A DNA stretch of 43,844 bases from a virus (Duplodnaviria; Caudoviricetes), in the IMG/VR virus record IMGVR_UViG_3300037483_000080, positions 1 through 43,844 of that record. One strand, written 5' to 3'. Under the pieces are notes generated by a model that saw nothing but the letters and a program-made list of their open reading frames with translations, was not told the origin of the DNA and ran no database searches. Shown piece after piece: positions 18,124-26,680 of the stretch (the first letter of the stretch is position 1; each line of letters begins with the position of its first letter). The translations under genes and the position numbers were made by a program.

Positions 18124-18356
18124 ATGCTCCTCAACACTGGCTTGCATTTGTCGCCACTCTGAAACACGACGCGATGACATGATTGACACGCCTCGCAGTA
18201 GCGCCACTCGCGCTCAACGGTTTCGTCTGGCACGAACACGACGCGCTGTGTGTTCGGACACAGTGCCGACGCATGGCCGCTGTACAGCGGCTTTACGGTG
18301 AGCGGGTCTGCTACGGGCTGCGGGCGCATGTGGTCGGGCGTGATGAGCGGCGTCAT
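18120..18356 (-). CDS. Hypothetical protein, possible Zn ribbon
   Basis: CEAC motif; ATGA-coupled. Confidence 0.6.
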   Translation of the reverse strand: MTPLITPDHMRPQPVADPLTVKPLYSGHASALCPNTQRVVFVPDETVEREWRYCEACQSCHRVVFQSGDKCKPVLRSI

Positions 18357-18475
18357 GACGCGCGCTCCGCTTTCGGTGCGCTAAACAATACACCACTGCC
18401 ATACCTGTACTCGTTGCAGCGTGGGCAGTACTCGTCGCGGTCTAGATTAGTGTTGCATTCGCGGCAGACGCTTCT
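18353..18475 (-). pseudogene. Start-less Zn-ribbon reading frame (readthrough extension or frameshifted gene)
   Basis: RSVCRECNTNLDRDEYCPRCNEYRY..., in frame directly after the TGA of 18476-19069. Confidence 0.5.
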
Positions 18476-19069
18476 TCACTCAACGTCTGCGTTATTCAGT
18501 GCGTATGCCGAGATCGTGTACATTTTGATAGCCGCGATATGCTCGTCTACTACTGATTCGCCAACCCACACGCGCTCGATCTTTTCGAGAGCCGCGCGGT
18601 ACGCTGGCGCTGTGTCGAAGTAGCGCTCCGCGTCAGGCGTATGCTCCGGCGCGTTCGCGGCGAACCCAGCATTGAACTCTGCAACCCCTGCGTCATACTC
18701 TGCTTTCAGCGCGTCAAGTTTGTTGAGAGCATCTTGCAGGTCTAATCGCAATTCGTTTTCGCGTTCGCACGTCCGATCGAGTTTGCCGATCAGTTCGTCC
18801 CGCTCACGCTCTGCGTCAACGATCCGCTTTGGTATGTCTCGGCCCATCTTGCCTTCGATGTAGCGCTTGCATTCATCTGCGGTCGTATATTCAGATCCAA
18901 GCGGCGTCAAGTGCTGCATCGCGTTGCGCCACCCGTCCCGTTCATCAATCAAGCGCGCGTTGTAGTCGCGGAGGGCGGAGAGGTCCTTAACAAATACGCA
19001 ATTCCGCTTGTCGATCTCTTTACACACGTTGTCCAGGTGGTGCCTAATCAGTTCGTCCAATGCGCTCAC
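18476..19069 (-). CDS. Coiled-coil hypothetical protein
   Basis: GGAGG SD; LTPLGSEY motif; heptad-rich. Confidence 0.7.
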   Translation of the reverse strand: MSALDELIRHHLDNVCKEIDKRNCVFVKDLSALRDYNARLIDERDGWRNAMQHLTPLGSEYTTADECKRYIEGKMGRDIPKRIVDAERERDELIGKLDRTCERENELRLDLQDALNKLDALKAEYDAGVAEFNAGFAANAPEHTPDAERYFDTAPAYRAALEKIERVWVGESVVDEHIAAIKMYTISAYALNNADVE

Positions 19070-19431
19070 GTCGTCCTCCCGTGCTGTTTCAAAATTGCAT
19101 CGATCATTACTAGAGATTGCTCTATCGCGCGCCGGGCTGCTCGCAACGTTGCTGGTGAATCAATCCAGTGAGGTACATCCTCGTCAATGCGCAACCATGC
19201 GCGCTGCGCCCTGCTATTCGCACGATCGATCGCTGTCTTGATCGCGCGCGTATCATGCAATGTGCCGCGCTTTAATTTGTTCAACTGGCCGTGAGTCATG
19301 TGTAAATGCCGCGCGGCTTCACGTTCTGTGCCGTAACGCTTGATGTACGCGCGAATGATGCGACGCGCTTCAGGTGACGACCTCATTTTTTGACGGGGCG
19401 TTAATTTTGATGTACCCATAGTGCAGGTCAT
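19066..19431 (-). CDS. Basic protein with probable HTH
   Basis: YGTEREAARHLHMTHGQLNKLKRG; start uncertain. Confidence 0.6.
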   Translation of the reverse strand: MTCTMGTSKLTPRQKMRSSPEARRIIRAYIKRYGTEREAARHLHMTHGQLNKLKRGTLHDTRAIKTAIDRANSRAQRAWLRIDEDVPHWIDSPATLRAARRAIEQSLVMIDAILKQHGRTT

Positions 19432-19482
19432 TTTTCCGCATGTCGCAGCGTACAGTGTCGGTTTCGCGCGGTTTCAAGTGGT

Positions 19483-19671
19483 CTACAGCATACGCCTGTT
19501 GATCTTCCGCGACGCCTTCGCCATCTTGCGGCGCGCCTTGCGCTTGGCGTCGAAGTCGTGCGGGCGCTGTCGGCCAGACCGATGCTTGCTGGTGTGCTCA
19601 CCGATGACGCGCGGCTTCAATACGTCCACCTTTCCGATCGCCTTTGCGATTGCTGCGAGTAGGTTAATCAT
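19483..19671 (-). CDS. Small basic hypothetical protein
   Basis: AAAGGA SD; RKARRKMAKASRKINR C-terminus common in phage proteins. Confidence 0.65.
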   Translation of the reverse strand: MINLLAAIAKAIGKVDVLKPRVIGEHTSKHRSGRQRPHDFDAKRKARRKMAKASRKINRRML

Positions 19672-19689
19672 GATAGTCCTTTCTGTGTC

Positions 19690-20154
19690 CTACGTAAACG
19701 GCAACGGCTCCAGCACATCATGTATCGTCGCAAACGCCTCGCCGCTCCTGATCATCTCAGGCGTGAATCGGAACACGCTCCAGCCTTGCATCGTCGCAGC
19801 GTTGATCTTGCTGTAGTCTGCGCTCAGCGTGTGCCGCCCGATTGCGACCGGCTTGCCCGTGCGCTTGCTGATCACGGCCATTCTGTTACCGCCGTCAACC
19901 TCAAGCGCGATTTTTCGCTCAGGCCACGCCCGGTCAAATGTCCAATTGCGATCAGCGTCGAATGGGTAGTCAACAAGCGATCCATCGACCAGGCCACCAA
20001 GCACGAGTTGATCGGTCAATTCGATCTCGTGCCGCTTGCGCTCGGCAGCCTTTTCGTCTTTGCAGCGCTGACAAAACTTACTGCCGCGCACGCGCTTATA
20101 GTACAGACATTTTGAGCACAGTACATGATTACTCATTCGTAGATCGTCAATCAT
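19690..20154 (-). CDS. Vsr/DUF559-like PD-(D/E)XK endonuclease with N-terminal Zn finger
   Basis: WTFDRAWPERKIALEVDGG...KINAATMQGWSVFRFT. Confidence 0.8.
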   Translation of the reverse strand: MIDDLRMSNHVLCSKCLYYKRVRGSKFCQRCKDEKAAERKRHEIELTDQLVLGGLVDGSLVDYPFDADRNWTFDRAWPERKIALEVDGGNRMAVISKRTGKPVAIGRHTLSADYSKINAATMQGWSVFRFTPEMIRSGEAFATIHDVLEPLPFT

Positions 20155-20359
20155 CCAGCAGCTCTGCGATAAAAATGTGTAACGCTCGCGCCTTGTTAGA
20201 CGGGATAAAAACTCCCTTCAGCACCGGCACGCCGTCGAACCATGGCTGGAACACGATGAAGCCACCAGGATCGCTAAACGATTTTTTTGCCAACTCACTG
20301 TCGGATATCCTGTCGCTCATCTCGTCAGTGAGTGGTATCGATATGCTGTTAATATGCAT
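20147..20359 (-). CDS. Hypothetical protein
   Basis: GGAGG SD; overlaps neighbours. Confidence 0.55.
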   Translation of the reverse strand: MHINSISIPLTDEMSDRISDSELAKKSFSDPGGFIVFQPWFDGVPVLKGVFIPSNKARALHIFIAELLDD

Positions 20360-20552
20360 TCAACGCCTCCAGTTCTCCGCGCTCCTCAGCCGGCTCCTCG
20401 CCAGATACACGGGCGGACCACGATTTGAGGTACTCGCCCCACCAGTACTCGACAACCGGCGATGGGACGTTGCAGTTCAGCCACGACAACGATGCCATCC
20501 ACCGCCGCAGCCGTGGAATCTGTTTAACCATCTGCTCGTAGTTAGCCATCAC
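20349..20552 (-). CDS. Hypothetical protein
   Basis: GAGG SD; operon position. Confidence 0.55.
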   Translation of the reverse strand: MMANYEQMVKQIPRLRRWMASLSWLNCNVPSPVVEYWWGEYLKSWSARVSGEEPAEERGELEALNAY

Positions 20553-20640
20553 GCCCTCGTTATCATCGTCACCGCGCCGCCTGCGTGACCGCCGAATCGT
20601 GCGCTGACTGCTGCGCCGACATGCTGCGGAAACATCAGGC

Positions 20641-21009
20641 TTAGCTCACTTCTACGAAATCAACTGACTCCGAGTAATAACCGTTGCTATAGCCATACCA
20701 GCGAATTGTCACATAGCCCTTGATCGTTGCGAATTTGTAAAACGTCCAAGTGAAACTTTCTTGACAACCCTTCGCTGGTGTGCACTCTGGATTTCGTCCT
20801 ACATGCTTGACTTCCTCTGACATCAACAGTGGCTGCCCTATCAGGTCCTGCATTTCACCAACTACATCCTCGACGGTTACGCTTTCTTCGCATTCCTGAG
20901 AATGATACATCTTGAACCGCTTGCCGTCGTCGCATGTGAACACAATTTTTTCTTTGCCGACTTCGACGTTCGATAATGTTTTTCCAAGCATATCTTCTAC
21001 TTGTGGCAT
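20641..21009 (-). CDS. Conserved phage protein of unknown function
   Basis: TWTFYKFATIKGYVTIRWYG.SNGYYSESVDF, a widespread phage family motif; AGGAGG SD. Confidence 0.8.
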   Translation of the reverse strand: MPQVEDMLGKTLSNVEVGKEKIVFTCDDGKRFKMYHSQECEESVTVEDVVGEMQDLIGQPLLMSEEVKHVGRNPECTPAKGCQESFTWTFYKFATIKGYVTIRWYGYSNGYYSESVDFVEVS

Positions 21010-21029
21010 CGCGTTCCTCCTGTATGATT

Positions 21030-21155
21030 ACTGAGCCGATCGACCTGCCGCTCGGGCGGTCTCGCATATCCTCGCCGATGGTTTATGACACGGCTCGCGC
21101 ATTGCGTCTTAGAGGCTAATCGGCATATACAGTATGCGCTCGATCGCGCGCCAGC
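21030..21155 (-). ncRNA. Candidate ~126-nt structured RNA, possibly related to 3284-3431
   Basis: Nested helices CGATCGA/TCGATCG, CGCATA/TATGCG, GCCGAT/ATCGGC; motifs shared with the 3.4 kb RNA. Confidence 0.5.
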
Positions 21156-21183
21156 GCAAGCCTAACATTTGTACTATTGACAA

Positions 21184-21369
21184 TCACGATTTAGAGAACC
21201 GCGCAGCCGCTTTTCCTAGAATGCCTGACTGCACGATGGCCTCAAACCAGAATTTTGGATAGCCGCCATTGGCGGCCTTCACACGTTCACAGTTTTCGTT
21301 CCATTCCTGAGCGTTGCGGCTGGATATCATCAGTGTAACCACATCGTGCCGCTTGGTCAAATCTAGCAT
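21184..21369 (-). CDS. Hypothetical protein
   Basis: AGGAG SD; NGGYPKFWF motif. Confidence 0.65.
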   Translation of the reverse strand: MLDLTKRHDVVTLMISSRNAQEWNENCERVKAANGGYPKFWFEAIVQSGILGKAAARFSKS

Positions 21370-21606
21370 CGTTCTCCTACGCTGTCACGGGCGCGCCCGG
21401 CCTCGCGGCGGTGATGTTCGATTAACACTCGCTTGCGCTTCGATGCCGTGCGTTTCGCCGCCGGCGCTGGAGCAGTCCTGACCAAGCGCCTGATCACCTC
21501 GTCAACTGACACGCAGCCGGCATGCTCGGCCAGCGCTTTCACTTTCTGCCAGTCGGATTCGAGCATACCGATCGGGCGTCGCCGCATCGTCTCGGATAAG
21601 GTGGGC
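21363..21606 (-). CDS. Ribbon-helix-helix-like domain, probably joined to the upstream frame by a -1 shift
   Basis: RRRPIGMLESDWQKVKALA...SVDEVIRRLV; start uncertain. Confidence 0.5.
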
Positions 21607-21811
21607 GGCCTGCGCCTTTGCGCAATGGGAAGGCGGGAACCATGACGAACACGCCGTTTTTCCAGGCGGTCAACGCCTGTGACCACGCCATGCTGTTTCG
21701 GCCATTCACCACGCCGTCGCGGAATCCATCGCGCAGTGCTGCGGCTTGCAGTTCGGCCACGCGGCGGGCCTGGCGGGCATTGCGGGTTGGGTCGGTTGAT
21801 TTGTTTTTCAC
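21539..21811 (-). CDS. Hypothetical protein ending in an RKGAGRPP motif
   Basis: GTG start with GGAG SD. Confidence 0.55.
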   Translation of the reverse strand: MKNKSTDPTRNARQARRVAELQAAALRDGFRDGVVNGRNSMAWSQALTAWKNGVFVMVPAFPLRKGAGRPPYPRRCGDARSVCSNPTGRK

Positions 21812-21812
21812 A

Positions 21813-22454
21813 TCACTCTCCGCAATGACAATGTTTATCGAGGCAGTAGCCGCAATCGAGGCATGACGGCTCATTGTCACATCCGCGTTTCGCGCATGGC
21901 TCCCACAGCTGACCGCTCGATTTGCGCGGACTGGGTTGTGGCAGATTCGCGGAAACAGCAGATCGATAGTCGGCGTCAGTCAGCGTCGGCGATAGGGTGG
22001 AAACCTGCTCTCTGATGCTGGATGGTTCGAGATCGAGCGCCTCGCGGTAGGCATTGGCCGTAGCCTCAGATCGTGCGTAGCCCATCACGTCGAATTCGCC
22101 AGCTGCGTGCATCTCGATCATCGTCGATTCCATTGATTCGATTACACGCTCGTACTGTTGGCGCGTGGCCTCGCCGGTTTTCAATTGGCGGCGTAATTCA
22201 GTAACAGCCTGTTGATGATTCATGGGTTTATTATCATCTGCGAGAATCTCGAATTTGTGCGTCAGATCATTCTCGGCATTGTACCAGTCCATTTCACAGG
22301 TTTTCTCATCGCGAATTTTCACGCAGTAACATTCGTGGATTTTGTCCCATCGTCGTTCCGTGACGACACCCCGCGTGAAATATTCGCGATCGTAAACGAA
22401 TTTCCACGAAAACACACGATCTCCGATTGAAACCATAACGGCGTTGGTATTCAT
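21813..22454 (-). CDS. Hypothetical protein with C-terminal Cys cluster
   Basis: AGGAGG SD; C-terminal CAKRGC...CLDC..C..HCHC. Confidence 0.7.
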   Translation of the reverse strand: MNTNAVMVSIGDRVFSWKFVYDREYFTRGVVTERRWDKIHECYCVKIRDEKTCEMDWYNAENDLTHKFEILADDNKPMNHQQAVTELRRQLKTGEATRQQYERVIESMESTMIEMHAAGEFDVMGYARSEATANAYREALDLEPSSIREQVSTLSPTLTDADYRSAVSANLPQPSPRKSSGQLWEPCAKRGCDNEPSCLDCGYCLDKHCHCGE

Positions 22455-22464
22455 GATGTTCCTC

Positions 22465-22740
22465 CTAGAACCGATTTTGTCGTTTTGTCCAGCGCGAGCG
22501 GTTCGCGCTGTTGCGGCGGCTGAGGTATGCGTTCACATCCGACACGGCCTGATCGATGTTGTCGAATCGGATTTTTCCCAACTGCCCCTCGAATCCCCAC
22601 GCGCCGGTGGCCTGCGCTAGTTGCTTGAGGATTGCCCTGTCGCGCTCAGCACCGGTTGCATTTTGCGCGCCGTTCATCGCATTCTGAACGAGTTCTGCCA
22701 CGTTGTATTGCTCGCCTCGTATCTGCCGTTTGTCTGCCAT
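22465..22740 (-). CDS. Hypothetical protein
   Basis: GAGG SD directly downstream of a consensus promoter. Confidence 0.7.
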   Translation of the reverse strand: MADKRQIRGEQYNVAELVQNAMNGAQNATGAERDRAILKQLAQATGAWGFEGQLGKIRFDNIDQAVSDVNAYLSRRNSANRSRWTKRQNRF

Positions 22741-22771
22741 TTCGCTTACCTCTATGCTCTGGATTGACTAC

Positions 22772-22800
22772 ATTATACGCGCAGTTATATAACGTGTCAA
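22772..22800 (-). promoter_or_regulatory. Sigma70 promoter TTGACA-17-TATAAT
   Basis: Perfect consensus; palindrome GTTATATAAC in the spacer. Confidence 0.88.
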
Positions 22801-22856
22801 GCGTTTTTGCAGTTTCTAATCTATTTGTTAGGTTGTGTTCTAATTCTGTTCTAATC

Positions 22857-23243
22857 CTACGTCTCGCACACCCACGCCCCGTGCATCCCGCGCCCGACCG
22901 CGCCCCAGCGCTGCGCCACGTCGAAACTCACCTCCCCGATCACGTTGCCGCTCCGCATCCAATCACGTGTGGCGGCGTCGCCCGCGCAGTCAAACACGAG
23001 CAAGCGCGCAGTGTTCCCGTTCCACCTCACGTCCACGACCTCGCCGATCCTGGCGCAGTCCAGCACGGCGATGTAGCCGTCGTAGTCGGCGTGGTTGGCT
23101 GGCAGCGTGTACGCGGTGCGGCCCGGCACCGAGCGGTTGGAGATGACGGCGCGGGTTGGGGCGGCTGCATACTGACTCAACACGCCCCGCTCGCACTCAG
23201 CCGACGACGCCAGCACGGCGATAGCGATCAATAGTTGGAGCAT
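22857..23243 (-). CDS. Secreted protein, RlpA/DPBB-like fold (putative)
   Basis: Signal peptide; YIAVLDCARIGEVV...LLVFDCAG. Confidence 0.55.
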   Translation of the reverse strand: MLQLLIAIAVLASSAECERGVLSQYAAAPTRAVISNRSVPGRTAYTLPANHADYDGYIAVLDCARIGEVVDVRWNGNTARLLVFDCAGDAATRDWMRSGNVIGEVSFDVAQRWGAVGRGMHGAWVCET

Positions 23244-24409
23244 TGCGCCTCGATCACGCACTGGTACAACAGCGGTGGAACTGCATTTCCTATTACTGTA
23301 CAAGCGAGACGATCTTTGTCCGGTAGGATGTACGAATCCGGCAACGACTGGAAGCGGGCCAGCGCGCGCGGCGTCATCTTAACGACGCGGCCAGCGGAAA
23401 GCCACGCGCGCCCTATTGCGGCACTGTGACCAATATCGACCGTGACATACGGTTCTTCATCGGCCTTGAATGCGGCGTTAGTTGCGTTGCCATTTGAGAT
23501 TATAAACGCCCGCGCTGGCCGCTTCTCCATGCTGCCCGTCATAGTGTAGATCGGCTCGTCACTCACGCAAGCGGTAACGCTTGCGCCGTAGTCGTTCAGC
23601 GTGCCGTTGATGACGAAGGCGCGGGGCAGGCCGCCCGTTGGTGTTGCTGCAATCGTGTTTGATGGTTCGTCTACTGCGCATACGCCTTGACCAATGAACG
23701 ATCTGTCGAGTCCGCTTACATTTGCGACCATGATAAAAGTGTCTTGTAATTCCTGAGGCAGTCTTTCCAGTTGCCAGTCCGCGAACTTAGACACCGGCAG
23801 CGTGTCGATCAAGTCCTCGATCGCGGCGTACCACCCGATCCACGGCAGGCGCGTGTCAAACATCGGAGCCAACTTCGACGGCTCAGCATGCGTTGCAACT
23901 GGCCTACGCGGCTTGCCGTGCAACTTCGCTACCAAGATCAGACGCTTGCGCGTCTGCGGCACGCCATAGTCAGCAGCGTTCAGATGCCAGTAATCCACGC
24001 GGTAGCCGTTGCGGTTGAGCGCTTCGAGGATGTGGGCGAACGCCGTAAACGTGCGGTAGCCGTACACGTTTTCAAGCGTGAAGATGTCCGGCAGAAAGTG
24101 ATTGATATACGCGCACGTCGCGTCAGCCGTGGCGATGTCCTCAGGCGATTCCTCGCCATTCGCTTTCGCGTTGCTGGCGTTCGTGCACACCGGCGATGCG
24201 TGGAGCACATCAGGGCGCGGGAGTGACATCATGAGCGCAGTGTCAAGCACGTTGCCCGTGATAGTGTTGAAGCAGTTGTTGCGGGCAACTTGTGCAATCT
24301 TGTCATCGTACTCAACGCCGAACAAATGAGTTAGTCCAGCAGCGCGAGCGCCGACGCCGACACCCTCGCCGCCACTGAATAGTGTTGCAATTGTTGTTAC
24401 TGCTCGCAT
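23228..24409 (-). CDS. DNA (cytosine-5) methyltransferase
   Basis: Motifs I LFSGGEG, IV ASPVC, VI LENV, VIII QTRKR, IX ARFQSLP, X IGNAV. Confidence 0.93.
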   Translation of the reverse strand: MRAVTTIATLFSGGEGVGVGARAAGLTHLFGVEYDDKIAQVARNNCFNTITGNVLDTALMMSLPRPDVLHASPVCTNASNAKANGEESPEDIATADATCAYINHFLPDIFTLENVYGYRTFTAFAHILEALNRNGYRVDYWHLNAADYGVPQTRKRLILVAKLHGKPRRPVATHAEPSKLAPMFDTRLPWIGWYAAIEDLIDTLPVSKFADWQLERLPQELQDTFIMVANVSGLDRSFIGQGVCAVDEPSNTIAATPTGGLPRAFVINGTLNDYGASVTACVSDEPIYTMTGSMEKRPARAFIISNGNATNAAFKADEEPYVTVDIGHSAAIGRAWLSAGRVVKMTPRALARFQSLPDSYILPDKDRLACTVIGNAVPPLLYQCVIEAQCSNY

Positions 24410-24576
24410 GGTCGGCCAATCTTTCGATCAATCTTAACGAACGAGTCAAGCGCGCGTTGGTCGATCAGCCAATCGCGCCCGATCTTGATCGCAGCAAGCC
24501 TACCGCTACGGCAAAAGCGCCGCACCAGTGACGGAGTAACGCCAATTCGATCCGCTACTTGGTTGACGGTTAGCAT
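24397..24576 (-). CDS. Excisionase-like (HTH_17) DNA-binding protein, 59 aa, absent from the ORF track
   Basis: Own translation: MLTVNQVADRIGVTPSLVRRFCRSGRLAAIKIGRDWLID...KIGRPCEQ. Confidence 0.85.
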   Translation of the reverse strand: MLTVNQVADRIGVTPSLVRRFCRSGRLAAIKIGRDWLIDQRALDSFVKIDRKIGRPCEQ

Positions 24577-24773
24577 GTCTGCGCCTTGTCTGCGCGTCCG
24601 ATTGCATACTTGATGCGGCCAACCGCGTCATTGATGACGCTCTGCGGCACTAGGTCGGTAAACTCGGTGCAGGCGTACAATACCGCCGTGTAGATCGCTT
24701 TGTCAGTCCTATTTCCGTTCAAGTGCTTGATTGCCCTGTTCGCCAGTTCAGTGCTTTGATTTACCAGTTCCAT
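24570..24773 (-). CDS. Hypothetical protein (67 aa)
   Basis: GAGG SD; first gene after the promoter. Confidence 0.65.
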   Translation of the reverse strand: MELVNQSTELANRAIKHLNGNRTDKAIYTAVLYACTEFTDLVPQSVINDAVGRIKYAIGRADKAQTC

Positions 24774-24802
24774 CTTGCCGCCTCGTCTCTCAGGATGACT
24801 AT

Positions 24803-24830
24803 ATTGTACCACTAGCGGTATAGTTGTCAA
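24803..24830 (-). promoter_or_regulatory. Sigma70 promoter TTGACA-16-TACAAT with imperfect palindrome TACCACTAGCGGTA
   Basis: Near-consensus hexamers; the palindrome overlaps the spacer and -10. Confidence 0.75.
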
Positions 24831-24832
24831 GC

Positions 24833-24846
24833 AGAACCTTTGTTCT
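24833..24846. promoter_or_regulatory. LexA-type box AGAAC-CTTT-GTTCT
   Basis: Matches the GAAC-N4-GTTC SOS box; abuts the -35. Confidence 0.6.
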
Positions 24847-24934
24847 AGTCTGCCGTCCCGCCTTCGTCGGGTTGATGTAGCGCAATTCAAAGCGCTGCGC
24901 AGCGTCGTTCCAAATGTTGCGCTTGTGCGATGAC

Positions 24935-25342
24935 TTATTCCGTGCCATTGTTCTGCTCCTTTGTGTTGTATGATCCCAGCACCTCCACCGTCACGCCCCA
25001 GCACCAGCCGCCGATGCCGCCTGGCAACTGGTAGTCAATGCGCTCGACGCGGGCCGTGCTCAGGTCCACCGTCAATCCGCGCAACCGCTCGGCCACAAGC
25101 GGCAGGGAGGCGGCCAGGGTGGGCGGCGTGGGAGCGGCGCTTACAGTTTTCTCAGTTTGCACCGTGTCGATCTCGTTCACGATTTCCGCTTGCGGCTTCG
25201 GCTTATTGCTCAACAACTGCGCGCCGTACTCGACAAGTGCCGCGCGGGCTTCGTCTGCGCGCTTATTCGGCGGCGGCGTCAACGGAGCGTAGTCGTGGCG
25301 CATACTTGCCGCGCGATCAGTCAGACTAGATCGCGTTTTCAT
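24935..25342 (-). CDS. Hypothetical protein
   Basis: GAGGGG SD; overlaps the upstream gene. Confidence 0.6.
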   Translation of the reverse strand: MKTRSSLTDRAASMRHDYAPLTPPPNKRADEARAALVEYGAQLLSNKPKPQAEIVNEIDTVQTEKTVSAAPTPPTLAASLPLVAERLRGLTVDLSTARVERIDYQLPGGIGGWCWGVTVEVLGSYNTKEQNNGTE

Positions 25343-25784
25343 CGTCGCCCCTCAACTGTCTTGCGTATTCGTACCGCTCACGATCGGCGCTGAACGCGCG
25401 CGATTTGTCGCTCTGCGCCTTGCGGTATTCGGGCCACAGTTTCGCGGTTTCCATCGGGTACGGGCTGCGGGCGCAAACTTCGTTAAATCGATCGCGCCGG
25501 TACTTCTTAAACCACGCGCCGAAGTCGTTAAGCATGGCAGCTATGTCGTCAAGCGCGATCGCGTCGTTGGCTTCGCGCTCGGCCTTCTTGATCTCGCTTG
25601 CCGCTTTGTTGCAGGCGCCGCGTAGCGAATCGGTTAGCGGCTGGCCTTCGTAGCCGCACAGCTTAACCAAGGCCACGAATGCGACATCGGCGCGGCGTTG
25701 CTTGCGCGGCGGCTCAACGGCCGGGCCGATCTCGCCGGTGAACAGGTTGACGGCGTGCCACTCGGTGGCGGTGGTGGTGGTCAT
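25326..25784 (-). CDS. Hypothetical protein (possibly replication-related)
   Basis: GAGG SD; ATGA overlap; function guessed from position only. Confidence 0.6.
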   Translation of the reverse strand: MTTTTATEWHAVNLFTGEIGPAVEPPRKQRRADVAFVALVKLCGYEGQPLTDSLRGACNKAASEIKKAEREANDAIALDDIAAMLNDFGAWFKKYRRDRFNEVCARSPYPMETAKLWPEYRKAQSDKSRAFSADRERYEYARQLRGDDENAI

Positions 25785-26680
25785 GGTTTAACCTCGTAAT
25801 CTTTGATCACAACGCCTTGAGATGGTGTCCCTCTTACATGTTCGCCCCACCAATACAAACCTTTATTTTTACCAAATAATCCTTTTTCGGAATAATCCTT
25901 GAAGTGTCCTCGGCAAATATGAAGCGCTAACTTAATCCCGGTACTTTGTGCAGCGCCGTCACGATTAAGAATCTTCATCATGGGGTGAATGTTAAGCGTG
26001 TAATATCTTATGCAGGGATGTTTCCTTCTTTTCTTTGTTTGCTTGAGTTCATGAGATTTTACAAGTTCTACGTTTTTACAATGCATGAATGATATAGTCA
26101 AGAACTCCACCACTAATGTATTCAGCATATCCTGCATAAGTCTATGTATTCCCTCGTCTTGCGGGTCTGGAATTGATTCTTGATCCTTGTGGAATGACGC
26201 ATATGACGAATTAAAAGTACCATCTTTATTTACATACAGTCTTACCACAAGCCCACGCGGGACAGTGCTTAAGTTTCCTGAATCATCCATGAAGTATTGA
26301 GTTACAATCAAGCACCATTTAGCACTACCATCGGACCAGTTTTGTATTTCTTCCCTTTTGTTTTCTTCGGTAAGCTCATATGAGACAATGTGGCTTCCGT
26401 AATACCTGAAAAGTTTTCCTAGATTTGTACCTCTGAGCATTTGTCCATCTTGATTTATTTGGCTAGGTCCTCGATATTCTATAAAAATATTCTCGAATGG
26501 TGGGGCCATATTCGGCATATCATATAGAGTTAATGTTCGACTATCTATTTCGTAATAGTATCGTGACACATTATCAGCGTTTATTACGATCGCCTCATCT
26601 AGCCAGCGCGCAAGCCAACCCTCTGGCGCTGTTTCTCTTGGATTCAATTCTAGTAATTCATCGATTAGACGGCGCGTCAT
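25781..26680 (-). CDS. AT-rich hypothetical protein with C-terminal H..RGHF motif
   Basis: LHICRGHFKDY...LFGK..GLYWW..HVRG; AGGAG SD; ATGA overlap. Confidence 0.75.
   Translation of the reverse strand: MTRRLIDELLELNPRETAPEGWLARWLDEAIVINADNVSRYYYEIDSRTLTLYDMPNMAPPFENIFIEYRGPSQINQDGQMLRGTNLGKLFRYYGSHIVSYELTEENKREEIQNWSDGSAKWCLIVTQYFMDDSGNLSTVPRGLVVRLYVNKDGTFNSSYASFHKDQESIPDPQDEGIHRLMQDMLNTLVVEFLTISFMHCKNVELVKSHELKQTKKRRKHPCIRYYTLNIHPMMKILNRDGAAQSTGIKLALHICRGHFKDYSEKGLFGKNKGLYWWGEHVRGTPSQGVVIKDYEVKP

Noticed and set aside
21160-21167. Integron attC core (GCCTAAC/GTTAGGC)
   Set aside because: Single site; no matching paired box structure seen and no integron integrase
24397-24576. Excisionase implying integration
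   Set aside because: The HTH_17 fold is common in regulators and no integrase is present
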